In this document: positions 40,698-64,000 of the stretch, piece by piece
How positions within the stretch are numbered: the stretch's first letter is position 1
Layout of the letters: every line of letters begins with the position of its first letter
Assembly: GCA_030141605.1 (NCBI GenBank)
Contig: JAQGDQ010000340.1
Span: forward strand, 186,001 to 250,000
Reading direction: 5' to 3'
From: Tubiluchus corallicola
Taxonomy: Eukaryota; Animalia; Priapulida
DNA: 64,000 bases
Notes under the pieces: model-generated
Seen by the model: the letters and a program-made list of their open reading frames with translations, nothing else
Database searches by the model: none
What the model was told of the DNA's origin: nothing
Made by a program: the position numbers and the translations under genes

Positions 40698-41222
40698 GAA
40701 ATTACATCGTTTTCCACAATTACTTAATAGTCATACAATTCTGCAACGCTAAGTGTTAAAAAAACTCCCAAACTGCTTATCAGGAATAAAAACTGTCTGT
40801 TTTCTAGTCGGGCTGGTGCACTCACTCGGACATTATTAGACAAGAATTTTGCATTTATACGTCCAAGAATCTGATGACAGATTCCGGCATTGCGTGCACC
40901 TGGTTTTGTCAGGTACAAATTACAGGCTTCAAGTCTTTACCCGACTGCGAGAGCGAGAAAATTTCATTGCAAAAAATCAATCTTTGATTTGCAGAATTGC
41001 TTTGAATTGCAGCAAAAGGGAAGATGTCTGTGAACAATGAGTGATTATGGATTGTAGGAGTTTGTGAACACAATACACCCCTAAAGCAAGCCAGACCATA
41101 GACGTGGCCTTGTAGGAGTATATGAACATTTGGGTATAACACACCGGCACTGTGGCGCAGCACTCTTAAAGCAGGCCAGGCCATAGACGTAGCCTTATTG
41201 TAGCCTTGTAAGAGTATATGAA

Positions 41223-42430
41223 CAGCCTCAGATTAACTTCAACGAAGTATCATGAAGGAATGAATTAAATTCATGCAATGAACGAGTCACAGCCTCAGAA
41301 TAACTTTAATGAAGTATCATGAAGGAATGAATTAAATTCATGCAATGAACGAGTCACAGCCTCAGCTTAACTTTAATGAAGTATCATGCAGGAATGGATT
41401 AAATTCATGGAATGAGCGAGTCACAGCCTCAGCTTAACTTTAACGAAGTATCATGAAGGAATAGATTAAATTCATGGAACGAACGAGTCACAGCCTCAGA
41501 TTAACTTTAATGAAGTATCATGAAGGAATGGATTAAATTCATAGAATGAACGAGTCACAGCCTCAGAATAACTTTAATGAAGTATCATGAAGGAATGGAT
41601 TAAATTCATAGAATGAACGAGTCACAGCCTCAGAATAACTTTAATGAAGTATCATGAAGGAATGGATTAAATTCATGGAATGAACGAGTCACAGCCTCAG
41701 CTTAACTTTAATGAAGTATCATGAAGGAATGGATTAAATTCATGGAATGAACGAATCACAGCCTCAGCTTAACTTTAATGAAGTATCATGAAGGAATGGA
41801 TTAAACTCATGGAATGAACGAGTCACAGCCTCAGAATAACTTTAATGAAGTATCATGAAGGAATGGATTAAATTCAAGGAACGAACGAGTCACAGCCTCA
41901 GCTTAACTTTAATGAAGTATCATGAAGGAATGGATTAAACTCATGGAATGAACGAGTCACAGCCTTAGATTAACTTTAATGAAGTATCATGAAGGAATAG
42001 ATTAAATTCATGGAACGAACGAGTCACAGCCTCAGATTAACTTTAATGAAGTATCATGAAGGAATGGATTAAATTCATGGAATGAACGAGTCACAGCCTC
42101 AGATTAACTTTAATGAAGTATCATGAAGGAATGGATTAAATTCATGGAATGAACGAGTCACAGCCTCAGCTTAACTTTAATGAAGTATCATGAAGGAATG
42201 GATTAAATTCATGGAATGAACGAGTCACAGCCTCAGAATAACTTTAATGAAGTATCATGAAGGAATGGGTTAAATTCGTGGAACGAACGAGTCACAGCCT
42301 CAGCTTAACTTTAATGAAGTATCATGAAGGAATGAATTAAATTCATGGAATGAAGGAGTCACAGCCTTAGATTAACTTTAATCAAGTAACATGAAGGAAT
42401 GGGTTAAATTCACGGAACGAGTCACGGTCT
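41223..42430. repeat. 67-bp minisatellite, ~18 copies
   Basis: cagcctcag at 41223, 41290, 41357 and onwards. Confidence 0.95.
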
Positions 42431-43339
42431 CACATCAACTTTGACATTATCACCATAAACACCAATCACTATTCTTATGATACTTTCAACGCATGACCGC
42501 TGCAGCAGCCAATAATTGCCATGACGTCACGCAGTAGTAATAATCGAGATTATTATCCTAATTAATAACAAAGAAAGCATATCAACTAATAGCCCAATAA
42601 TCTGCCATAAGTGATCCGAACGTTTATTGGTCACTAACGATTAATCCGAGTAATAATGTCGTTTTTATAGTACATTATGGCAATTTGCAGAACAGTTTGG
42701 GTATAGATCAGGTTAATGAAGCCAAGTTTAAAGTACAAGAAAACACCTTCACGAATAAAGCTTAAAAATTTCCATCTTGAAGTTTTGTATCACTCACATA
42801 CTGTCTTATTGCATACAGAGCTTGTGTTAACAGCAACGTTGTATAAAATTTGTAATTTTAAACTCCCGCGATGACCGTTAGGTACAGCCATTTTAACAGA
42901 AAGCCATTTGTTACAAGTTTAGATAACATTATTTGAGTTTTGAAAAAATAACCAGAGCATTCGTAGCGCACACTTCAATAACTAAGCAAAGGTTTAAATT
43001 TCCTTTACATTGCCAGTAAGATCAATAATGTGTTTTTGGTGAACCAGGAGTGCACACTGGGATACAGTGATGCAGTAGTGTCTTACCAATTGGTGCGAAA
43101 ATTTTAAATTATTAAGAATTTTCTTTTCCAATTACATTAGTCTGTCAAACTGTTAAGTAATATAACTTTGTTTGGAAACTTTTATGGATATATTTTAAAA
43201 TTCTATTTTCTTTCTGTTTTAAGTCGTTTTTACAAAAAAATAAACGTTTCTACTTCACACCATCAGTCACATTCGGGTCAATTTCCTCCTAATCTGCACA
43301 TTTCTCCTGCTTGGGAGCTCATGTAGGGTTCAAAATAAA

Positions 43340-43826
43340 CATCTGAATGTATATTCTAACGTTTGACCCACCCTGTAGATGTATATCCTGACTTTTGACC
43401 CTCCTGTAGATGTATATCCAAACTTTTGAACCCCCTGTAGATGTATATCCTGACTTTTGACCCACCCTGTAGATGTATATCCTGACTTTTGACCCACCAT
43501 GTAGCTGTATATCAGAATTTTTGACCCCCCTGTAGATGCATACCCTGATTTTTTACCCCCCCCCCCCATAGATGCATATCCTGACTTTTGACTCACCCTG
43601 TAGATGTATATCCTAACTTTTGAAACACCATGTAGATGTATATACGAACATTTGACCCCCCTGTTGATGTATATCCTGACTTTTGACCCACCCTGTAGAT
43701 GTATATCCTGACTTTTGACCCACCCCGTAGACATATATCTGAACTTTTCAGCCAACCTGTAGATGTATATCCGAACTTTTGATCCACCCTGTAGATGTAT
43801 ATCCGAACTTTTGACCCACCCTGTAC
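43340..43826 (-). repeat. ~32-bp tandem repeat resembling a Tc1/mariner terminal sequence (TACAGGGTGGGTCAAAAG)
   Basis: cctgacttttgacccaccctgtagatgtatat repeated ~15 times. Confidence 0.85.
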
Positions 43827-45208
43827 ATGTTTGCAAATCTTATGATCTAAGAGACAAATAGAAAAGCAGAAAACAAGAGTTCAATTTCTCACCATCTATG
43901 TTTGTTGATAATGTTAATTTCAGTAATTGGACAATATAACATTTTTTATTCAAGACACATAACAGAAAATTGGTGTTTGACAGTGACAGCTGCTAAAACA
44001 ACTAAATAACTCAAGTACACCGATGAAATGCTACTTAATCATACTTAAGTAACGCTTATGTAACAACACAACGATTAGGTAAAGTTCGACAAAATACTTA
44101 AAGGGACAGCACCTTACGACGCTTCATCTTCTTGCTAACAGATGTCACCATTTCAAGCAAAATACGCTGATGCCTGCACTGTTTAAATGTTGGTGCTGCC
44201 ATCTGGCAAAATTACTAATGAATTAACCGACGTTACCGTATCTTTACAACGGAAGATTTTTGCATTAGGTAGAAATAACAAAACAGTTTATAGAAACACG
44301 ATTCACACCAGAATGGGGTACTCAAGTGACTCAGAAAGTCTCAAAATGAGTTATTAGAGTATAACTGAGTGAATAAGTAAGAGTTTAACTGCCTGTATTA
44401 CTGTGAATAATTAACAATTCATCATTAGCTAAATTTAATACTAAATCATTAGCATTTAAAATGACCCTGTTTTCTCAAGATGTAGATTCCGATAGAACCA
44501 TGAAAAAGCACCGAATTTTGAGATTTTTATCATTTCGTGACATATAAATACAGATAAACATGGCGCGTATTCACTGCGCTGACAAAATGGCGTTAATTTT
44601 ATTGGTATTCTGTACAATAAATAAACAGTTCTTTCTCATACGTTAATCTATTACGGTTAGACAATAAGTATTAACGGTCCACTTCCCAATTTGTTTGTAC
44701 AACAATAAATGTCTAAAAATAAAAAAACAACAACAAGAAAGAGAAAGACTGCTCCGTCGTAAGATTAATGTCACATACATTGACTTATATGTGGGCGAAC
44801 AACTTTCTTACATTATACAGAACAATACACAACAATAATATTGACTAAAAATGTTCGCTAGAAGCTGCTGTTGCAGTTAGTATACCGAACATTTCAAACA
44901 CTGACTTGAATAATGGCATGTGAACCATGCTGAAGGTTTTTATACTTGGCGTTCCAAACACTGACTTGAATAATGACGTGCGAACCATGCTTAATGTAAA
45001 AGCCTGCAGGCTGCACGAGTTTTGTCCTGTTGTTCACATTGACAGATTGTCTATAATGATGTGTGGACCAGGCTTAAGGTAAAAATCTACAAGACGGCAC
45101 GGTTTCATCTTGCTGTTCACACTGGTGCATTGTTGTAACCTGCACTAAGATGCCGCCTGGTGTCACGTTGGTGGATTGTCGTAACTTGCGCTAAGACGCC
45201 GCCTGGTG

Positions 45209-55294
<10,086 letters not shown>

Positions 55295-55633
55295 TTATAA
55301 AATCCGGTTTTTTCCTTCGGACTTCTCATCTGTGGAATACTATACCAGAAGTATGTTTACTTGAAAATAACACCTCACTCAGTTCCTCGCAACAAGCATT
55401 CATACCGTCACAATTTTGAGGTAGCCCTTAACATTGATTGGTCATTAGAATAATTTAATATAATCTGCATGAAAAAAGTGCTATGGCTTCTTTATATGGT
55501 ACCAAAATAAAAAGCAAAATTTTACTTCTTAGAGAGAAGTGAAAATCTGTCATTGAAACAAAACATTCATTGTTAAGAGAGAAAAATCTCAACTGTGTTT
55601 GGTTTAATGCTACACACAGTGATAATCGCCTAA

Positions 55634-58600
55634 CCATATCCTTAAGGTACAAAGTATAAACAAGAAGAATGAATTTTGTTTTTAAACGAATGGATCAATT
55701 TAAAGTTAAATTAATTTAATAAATTAATTAATTAGATTAATTTACCTTGAACTGTAACAACTTAGGCTATTAGTAATTAAAAAATTAAAAAATTTTTTTT
55801 TAGAATTTATGTATAAATTTTCGTTTCAAATGTTTGTTTTATTTTATACAATTTTATAACAATGGCTAACATTTTCTGAAGCAGCACCACAACTAATTTT
55901 TGCTAGGAACCAATACTGCAGACAGCTAAATATTTTCACATTAATCTACATTATTCATTAACTTGGCTTACCTTATCCATTGGTGGAAATGCCTCACAGG
56001 TAAAATGATACATCCCAGGTTCTGGAAAAATCCGTGCCGCACACCGCCTGGCCGTCTGTAACACACGCGTGTCATCATCGTAATAATCAATGACGTCATT
56101 GCGCGTCGGTGTTCCGAATTCCCAACAGATGACGTCACCAGTCACCAGCAACAATGGTGAGGATGTGATGTCAGCGACCTTTAAACAATACACGTCTGGT
56201 TGTGAGATGATGACAATGGCGCCTACCACTTTCGAGCGTGCGGAACTGACGTAGTAAAAGACACCTTTATCCTTGAAGTGGTAGGCAAAACTGCAAGGTC
56301 CTTCTGCCACAGCACCGCTGCAGAAACCCTTTTCTACAGGTACACCTTGATGCGATACCTGTCAGGTAAACATAACAGCACAAACATTAATAAACAAAAT
56401 GAGTTAGCTTTAGCAATGGATATAAAAAATGTATGTTACGTACGACTAAGTTCATAAAGTACAAAGTACATTGCATATACTTATGTAATAGTAAGTAACA
56501 GTAACGTTTAGTTTTCCCATTTTATGGATAACAACCAGTTCAAATTTACACAACAGCTTTTACAATTTTAAAAAGACTTTTGATATATTTTTACCTATTG
56601 GTGATGTATACCGGTGAAAATATGGATGTTACCAAATTTTATAGTTATAAAATATACCTGTGAGAAGCAATTAGTGAACTGTTGTCTGTTTACCCATATT
56701 AAACATCATACTAATTGCTTTGATTTATATTAAAAGTACACCAGAGTATAAAAGCTGATATTTCATAAATTTGTGTATCATGTCAATATTACTGGTTAAA
56801 CCAGAAAAGTTACAGTTTTCAATGTTGCATAATATGTGTTTCATGTAGGTTTCCTGTCTCACATTTCAAAATAAACTGCTTTTCATCATCTATTATTCAC
56901 ATAATCTATCATCTATCTTCTGTAGGTTTATGTTGCCAATGACCTTTAGCAAGTTTGCGAGAAATTTCGATATTCAATATTTTTGGAAGGTTTAGTAAAT
57001 AGTTTTCAATCATCATAAAAGTGTGTCACTAAATCTAGATTAACCACATATTTTGACTTTATTTGAGAAGCCCACACACATATAATGTTCTTAAATCTTC
57101 ATTTTACATTTCTTGTAAAGAATGGTTTAGTTAGAGCTTAGGTCAAACAAATTGTAACAAACTGGTGCAGCGAATATGGTCTGCCTAATTAGTGCCGATG
57201 CTGCAAAACACTTTACTCCAAGAAAAGTGCTTTTAAGCTTTCATATTAGCTCACCTACTTCCTTATAAGGTGTTACACGTGTCACTAAATAAGGAGTTTA
57301 AAAACCACTATTAAGCTCAAATACAAGAAACTATGCATGGAGAACAACACATCTGATGTGAAGCAACTGTGTAGAAAAAAAATCACAAACTACATTCACT
57401 GGGAGCAGTTATGAACAATTTGACAGAAAAAGACAATATGGGTAAAGCAAAACTGAAGTCTGGAAGGAAGAAAGAAACACGTTTGTCTGCCAAATTATTG
57501 TCTCGACCATCCATAAAAACAAAATATCTTCTGGAAAACAACTACTGTTAGTGTCCTCACATTATTTAACCCACCATTAATAGTTTGCCCCAACTTTAGG
57601 GTAAATCCTTGTTGAATGCTTGCGAAAAATTGTACTTTCCTATGCTTTACTTTGGCTGTTAAATTAGGTTATCAGAAAATGTGAATGTAATATCCAAAAT
57701 TTAAGTGTAGAGAATATTAATGATTACGTGACGGAGACGTTCTTCATTTGGGCTTTCTTTGCACGGTGATAAATGAGGTTTTACTTCAAACCAAAGCAGG
57801 GCATTTACTATTTATTTTGTAAAATTTCTTTTTCTGTCAAATTGTTCATAACTGCTCCCAGTGAATGTAGTTTGTGATTTTTTTTCTACACAGTTGCTTC
57901 ACATCAGATGTGTTGTTCTCCATGCATAGTTTCTTGTATTTGAGCTTAATAGTGGTTTTTAAACTCCTTATTTAGTGACACGTGTAACACCTTATAAGGA
58001 AGTAGGTGAGCTAATATGAAAGCTTAAAAGCACTTTTCTTGGAGTAAAGTGTTTTGCAGCATCGGCACTAATTAGGCAGACCATATTCGCTGCACCAGTT
58101 TGTTACAATTTGTTTGACCTAAGCTCTAACTAAACCATTCTTTACAAGAAATGTAAAATGAAGATTTAAGAACATTATATGTGTGTGGGCTTCTCAAATA
58201 AAGTCAAAATATGTGGTTAATCTAGATTTAGTGACACACTTTTATGATGATTGAAAACTATTTACTAAACCTTCCAAAAATATTGAATATCGAAATTTCT
58301 CGCAAACTTGCTAAAGGTCATTGGCAACATAAACCTACAGAAGATAGATGATAGATTATGTGAATAATAGATGATGAAAAGCAGTTTATTTTGAAATGTG
58401 AGACAGGAAACCTACATGAAACACATATTATGCAACATTGAAAACTGTAACTTTTCTGGTTTAACCAGTAATATTGACATGATACACAAATTTATGAAAT
58501 ATCAGCTTTTATACTCTGGTGTACTTTTAATATAAATCAAAGCAATTAGTATGATGTTTAATATGGGTAAACAGACAACAGTTCACTAATTGCTTCTCAC

Positions 58601-59626
58601 AGGTATATTTTATAACTATAAAATTTGGTAACATCCATATTTTCACCGGTATACATCACCAATAGGTAAAAATATATCAAAAGTCTTTTTAAAATTGTAA
58701 AAGCTGTTGTGTAAATTTGAACTGGTTGTTATCCATAAAATGGGAAAACTAAACGTTACTGTTACTTACTATTACATAAGTATATGCAATGTACTTTGTA
58801 CTTTATGAACTTAGTCGTACGTAACATACATTTTTTATATCCATTGCTAAAGCTAACTCATTTTGTTTATTAATGTTTGTGCTGTTATGTTTACCTGACA
58901 GGTATCGCATCAAGGTGTACCTGTAGAAAAGGGTTTCTGCAGCGGTGCTGTGGCAGAAGGACCTTGCAGTTTTGCCTACCACTTCAAGGATAAAGGTGTC
59001 TTTTACTACGTCAGTTCCGCACGCTCGAAAGTGGTAGGCGCCATTGTCATCATCTCACAACCAGACGTGTATTGTTTAAAGGTCGCTGACATCACATCCT
59101 CACCATTGTTGCTGGTGACTGGTGACGTCATCTGTTGGGAATTCGGAACACCGACGCGCAATGACGTCATTGATTATTACGATGATGACACGCGTGTGTT
59201 ACAGACGGCCAGGCGGTGTGCGGCACGGATTTTTCCAGAACCTGGGATGTATCATTTTACCTGTGAGGCATTTCCACCAATGGATAAGGTAAGCCAAGTT
59301 AATGAATAATGTAGATTAATGTGAAAATATTTAGCTGTCTGCAGTATTGGTTCCTAGCAAAAATTAGTTGTGGTGCTGCTTCAGAAAATGTTAGCCATTG
59401 TTATAAAATTGTATAAAATAAAACAAACATTTGAAACGAAAATTTATACATAAATTCTAAAAAAAAATTTTTTAATTTTTTAATTACTAATAGCCTAAGT
59501 TGTTACAGTTCAAGGTAAATTAATCTAATTAATTAATTTATTAAATTAATTTAACTTTAAATTGATCCATTCGTTTAAAAACAAAATTCATTCTTCTTGT
59601 TTATACTTTGTACCTTAAGGATATGG
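55634..59626. repeat. Large inverted duplication: 1797-bp arms (55634-57430 and 57830-59626), 399-bp spacer
   Basis: Arms are reverse complements. The coordinate sum is 115260 at both ends and at the mirrored ORFs, so there are no net indels. No mismatches were seen in the parts compared by eye. Confidence 0.95.
55972..56358 (-). pseudogene. Mirrored copy of gene E exon 58902-59288 in the left arm of the inverted duplication
   Basis: Identical 119-aa ORF on both strands (55951-56310 and 58950-59309). Splice sites intact. Confidence 0.75.
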
Positions 59627-61024
59627 AAAAGATCAATAATGTTCACCTTAATTGACACAGCATGAGTGACAGTACTCTTTCTAATTACCTGCATGCGCAC
59701 AACAGCCAAACACTATGTTGATGAACCTGTGAAGTGCACAATGCTGGAGCTGTGAAACACACAGCTCTGTCACCTACTCTGATTCCGTACAAGGATTTAC
59801 AAGCATGTACGGGTATAAAGAAAGAATTGAAGAAAAAATACTCATAAATATTGAGTATTAGCGGTAATATCGAGTGAACATAGGGGGTGCTGCAGTTCCA
59901 CAGTGCCTATACACGAGTCACTACTGGGTGTGTTAGAAGTCATTATACATTTTAGTCTTTTTTATTTACAAATTCAGCAAAAAATTGACTGAAACTTTGG
60001 AGAATTTTTTCAGTCACCTTTAAAATGCAAATGCAAAAAGAACTACTTCCCAGTAAAAGTCTAAATGTGTGCCACTATCTTCACCTTAACGTGTACACTT
60101 CTTGTATAAACCTTTCATGCTGAATAATTGCTAACAAATTCTAATTATTATTTCATTTCATAAAAAGCTTTTATTTACTTTTCCTGCATTTACTTTTCTT
60201 TCAATGGAGATGCATAAAAATAGTGGAGAGTCAAATCTGTCAAGTTGTATTGTTCTGCCTTTAGATGACCAGTGGCTCATTGACCATTTTCAGCTTGTAC
60301 CTATTTACTGCTAAGATGATGGTGACAAGGATGAAGATGTTGGTGAGATGATGATGATGATGATGATGATGATAGCATTTTTTGTCATTGCAGTATGGTG
60401 AGATTCAAGAGACAGTATCTAGTGTTATTGTTGACAAGCGTAGTGACAGCGCAAACGTGAGAGTTTCGTCTGACGGATTTGTACCTTCATACATCAACAT
60501 TAACAGGGTAGGACTAACCTGTTTGTTCTGATCTGTTTATTCAAGTACTTTTCATTTGAAAGATTTTAAGTTTCGATTCTGGTGTTAAGTTTTATTGAGC
60601 AGGACAAATAAAGCTAATGTTGAATACATAAACCACACTTATTACAGTTTATGATCCTTGTTATTGTGGTCCGATGAATTATGGTTTGCCATTGATCGTG
60701 TGGTCTTGACTAAGTTGGCGCTAGTTATAACAGGTAAAAGTTGAAGTTGACAGAAACACCCTGAACTACAGGTTTGTGCACTGCCGTTTTTTATTCCAAT
60801 GGTTAATTATGTTTCCTGTGTGCCAAGTATGCCAAACCAAAAATCAAAGGCAGCTTTAAAGTCTGCCTCCTCTTGACTGTGAGTCAGTGTTAATCTGAGA
60901 GATTTGATTTGATTTGATTTACTTCTTTATTTCAAACTTTCGTTCATATCATATTGGTACAACATTGAAAATATATACAATGAAAATACAAATAAATAAA
61001 CAACACAAAGCACACAACATTACA

Positions 61025-61060
<36 letters not shown>

Positions 61061-61555
61061 GATAATGATAATGATAATGATAATGATAATGATAATGATA
61101 ATGATAATGATAATGATAATGATAATGATAATGATAATGATAATGATAATGATAATGATAATGATAATGATAATGATATTGATAATGATAATGATAATGA
61201 TAATGATAATGATAATGATAATGATAATGATAATGATAATGATAATGATAATGATAATGATAATGATAATGATAATATTTCGCATTGACTTCAATCATTA
61301 TATCAATGAATATCAACAATGTAAAAATTAAGCATACAATATCCATCTCCATCTCTCTTACACTGGAAGTAAATAAAGTATCACTACCGAATATCGTTCT
61401 ACATACATAACAAGTTTTCACTGTTTGAAATTCTGGTATTCAGACTGTAAATGCTTTTCCTGTAAATAACATCAAAGTACACTAATTTATGCATCACAGA
61501 AATGTCCCTGGCACTGTGATTGAACTGATAATTGAAAAATTTTTGCATTGATTTA

Positions 61556-61592
<37 letters not shown>

Positions 61593-62244
61593 AGGGAGGG
61601 AAGGAGAGACAGCTTTATTAAATCAGGAAGTTTTTTCTTAAAAACTAGGTGTACATTTTCTCCAGTCATGTTGTTCAGTGCCAGCCTTCGTGCCATGTTT
61701 AAAAAACAAAAAGTTTTCTCACACAAAAAGCTTGAATGCAAAATTGATATATACCAGATTATAGAAATGAAAAATCAATAATCTTATAACATCCTTATTG
61801 ATTTTGTATTTATCTGCACCTGGCATGGTTTATATTACTCTTTGTAGTTCAATGAAGACTATAATAGTGGTGAGAGTGTTTAATTCTTGGCTCAATAGAG
61901 TTTTTCTGGCTTGATTTTACGCAGTTAAGTTTGTTATGAAGTTGTTTATGTTATTCTCATTTCTTTGTTTTCTCTTCTGTTGTGCTGGTTTCAGGTTATT
62001 GAAATAGTTTCATCAGTGGTTGGTTTTCTAATATTGATAAGTTGTTTTATGCTTGTTTTTAGGGTCAGAGTGTATTTTGGGCGTGGAAGGATTGTGAAAA
62101 CGAAGAACATAATATTATTCATGTCACTCCAGGAGACGATGGGGTGAGTCGTGTTATTGTTTTTATTTTTTTAATATCTATATTTACCTTATTTATTTCT
62201 AGTAGTTTTGTTTTCTTTATAATAATGATGATGATAATAGTTGC

Positions 62245-62311
<67 letters not shown>

Positions 62312-63185
62312 ATTATTATTATCATCATTGTTATTATTATTATTATTATCATCATTATTATAATACATCAAAATGGAATTTATTACCTACTGGTTTTGAG
62401 CAAACTATTCATTGTCAGGGCATCTAAAACCAAGAAATTTACCAGAATTTAGAAACAACATCGAAATACAATAGTAAGTTAGCAAACTAATGTTAATGTT
62501 CTGATCTAACATTATATAGATAATTTAACTATTTATTACAAGAACAAGATTACACATCTGAATTGGTACTACTAAGCTATTTATTTGTTTGTTTGTGGCA
62601 TGTAGCATAGTTTCATACCAATCAAGATATGTACTCTGTAAGAAAATTGTTAAATTATCTATTTTAAATGATCAATTAAGCTCTGGGCTCTAAATATACA
62701 CTTCTCTGTAGAGAGGATGCTGTGGCATGTATGAACAAGCATGAGTGAGTTTTTTATTGTTTAATTCCAGGCTGCTCAAAGCGTTGTGCAAGGACCAAAT
62801 GCTTTTAATAGCGGACGAGCATTACCAAACAGCAATTTCCTCTATACGTTCCTAGAACCTGGTGTGTACAGTGTCACGTCACATGGTGCTAGCGGTCACT
62901 TGTGTACAATCTCTGTTACGGAGCAAGGTGAGAGTTGAGTGACCAGTAATCCCGGAATTTTAATCGTGTATCTGATACCGTAGGAATATTAGTTTTTGTT
63001 GACTTTTCTCACAGATTTTTTTGCTTCTAGGATTAAGAACTGCTGAACCGAGAATTGTTACGGATAAGAATGGCGGCTTGGTTAAAGTTCCGTACTCTCT
63101 AAAGCTCACCTCGGACACCCCCGGTGTCAAGATATATTACACAACTGATGGTTCTCTACCAGAAGTAGCTAACCGTGATGTACAA
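58902..63185 (+). CDS. Gene E (partial, continues beyond window): uncharacterised protein with tandem cupredoxin-like domains followed by an Fn3_assoc/CHB_HEX_C-like domain
   Basis: Exons 58902-59288, 60394-60507, 62063-62143, 62771-62927, 63031-63185. GT-AG introns, phases 0,0,0,1,0. DGFVPSYININR|GQSVFWAW...HNI and FNSG...FLYTFLEPGVYSV resemble plastocyanin-like folds. LTSDTPGVKIYYTTDGSLP is the IYYTxDGSxP signature. Confidence 0.8.
61027..61276. repeat. (GATAAT)n microsatellite
   Basis: Directly visible. Confidence 0.95.
61277..61550 (-). mobile_element. Degenerate LINE 3' remnant; the adjacent microsatellite is probably its tail
   Basis: Frame SARDISVMHKLVYFDVIYRKSIYSLNTRISNSENLL resembles a non-LTR ORF2 C-terminus and runs into (TTATCA)n. 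Confidence 0.4.
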
Positions 63186-63384
63186 GTAAGCTTATTTTAC
63201 ATTTTATCAGGTTAAAATGCAATAATGATAACCATATTTGAGTGAAATGAATTAAAAGAACTTCTTCACCTCTGGGAGATTCAATCCCAATTCTCCTGCA
63301 TTACAGGTAATATGTGTTAACTGTTGCAGCAGAGAAAAAAGTTGGTTTTCAAATTAAAAAAAGCTATTTTCACTTTTGTTATTA

Positions 63385-64000
63385 TCTATTGTTTTTGCTG
63401 TTGTTAGCACTATGATGTCTGCATTTATTTTTTTCTATTGTTAGCATTATGATGTCTGTTCCTATTGTTTTTACTATTGTTGGCATTGTGACGTCTGAAT
63501 CTATTGTTTTTGTTGTTAGCATTATGATGTTTGCATCTATTTTTTTGTTGCTCTTAGCATTTCATGTCTGTTCCTATTGTTTTTGCTATTGTTAGCAACA
63601 TGATGTCAGCATTAATTGTTTTTGCTATTGTTAGCAATATATGATGTCAGCATTAATTGTTTTTGCTATTGTTAGCAATATATGATGTCAGCATTAATTG
63701 TTTTTGCCATTGTTAGCATTATGATGTCTGCATCTATTTTTTGCTGTTGTTAGCATTTTGATGTCTGTTCCTATTGTTTTTGCTATTGTTAGCATTATGA
63801 TGTCAGCATTAATTGTTTTTGCTATTGTTAGCAATATGATGTCAGCATTAATTGTTTTTGCTATTGTTAACATTAGGATGTCTGCATCTACTGTTTTTGC
63901 TATTCTTAGGTTTGTGATGTCTGTTCCTATTGTTTATGCTATTGTTACAATATGATTGTCTGCATTTGTTGTTTTTGCTATTGTTAGCATTATAATGTCG
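63385..64000. repeat. ~39-bp degenerate minisatellite in gene E intron
   Basis: ttgtttttgctattgttagca.tatgatgtc.gca recurs to the window end. Confidence 0.85.

Noticed and set aside
41223-42430. Regular arrays (67-bp here; also 68-bp at 10548, 29-bp at 25200, 27-bp at 4250) as possible CRISPR arrays
   Set aside because: Head-to-tail units with no unique spacers, no cas genes, and a spliced eukaryotic context.
55951-59309. Two divergent single-exon 119-aa genes
   Set aside because: The ORFs start at GTG inside an internal exon bounded by splice sites. One is the mirror image produced by the inverted duplication.

Overview
AT-rich, repeat-dense animal (invertebrate) genomic DNA with GT-AG spliced genes, many micro/minisatellites, MITEs and SINEs, and one assembly gap (29057-29198). 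There are no prokaryotic features. Most long ORFs in the supplied track are translated simple repeats. Splicing exons by hand gives five genes. (A) + strand 2513-10104: a 5-exon, ~508-aa secreted protein with a divergent thrombospondin-type-1-like Cys domain and a Pro/Gln then Tyr/Lys-rich tail. Its exon-3 acceptor is tandemly amplified five times. (B) - strand 11796-13109: a 437-aa orphan secreted protein, convergent with A. (C) - strand 22035-28259: a 143-aa CCAP-type neuropeptide precursor, hidden across three coding exons, encoding two non-amidated, C-terminally extended peptides (IFCNSYQGCGPTMDH and IFCNSYYGCVAQQ). The two-peptide layout suggests a lophotrochozoan host (inference). (D) - strand 45209-55276: the last four exons of CCDC186. 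(E) + strand 58902-63185+: internal exons of an uncharacterised protein with cupredoxin-like repeats and an Fn3_assoc/CHB_HEX_C-like domain. D and E meet at an apparently perfect 1797-bp inverted duplication (55634-59626). This places a mirrored, in-frame copy of an E exon just upstream of a CCDC186 exon, which is either a real exon-shuffling event or a fold-back assembly artefact. Also present are a 5S-rRNA-derived SINE-like element, TTAA-flanked (Kolobok-like) and hAT MITEs, and minisatellites carried by or derived from transposon ends. Family assignments come from motif recognition, not database searches.
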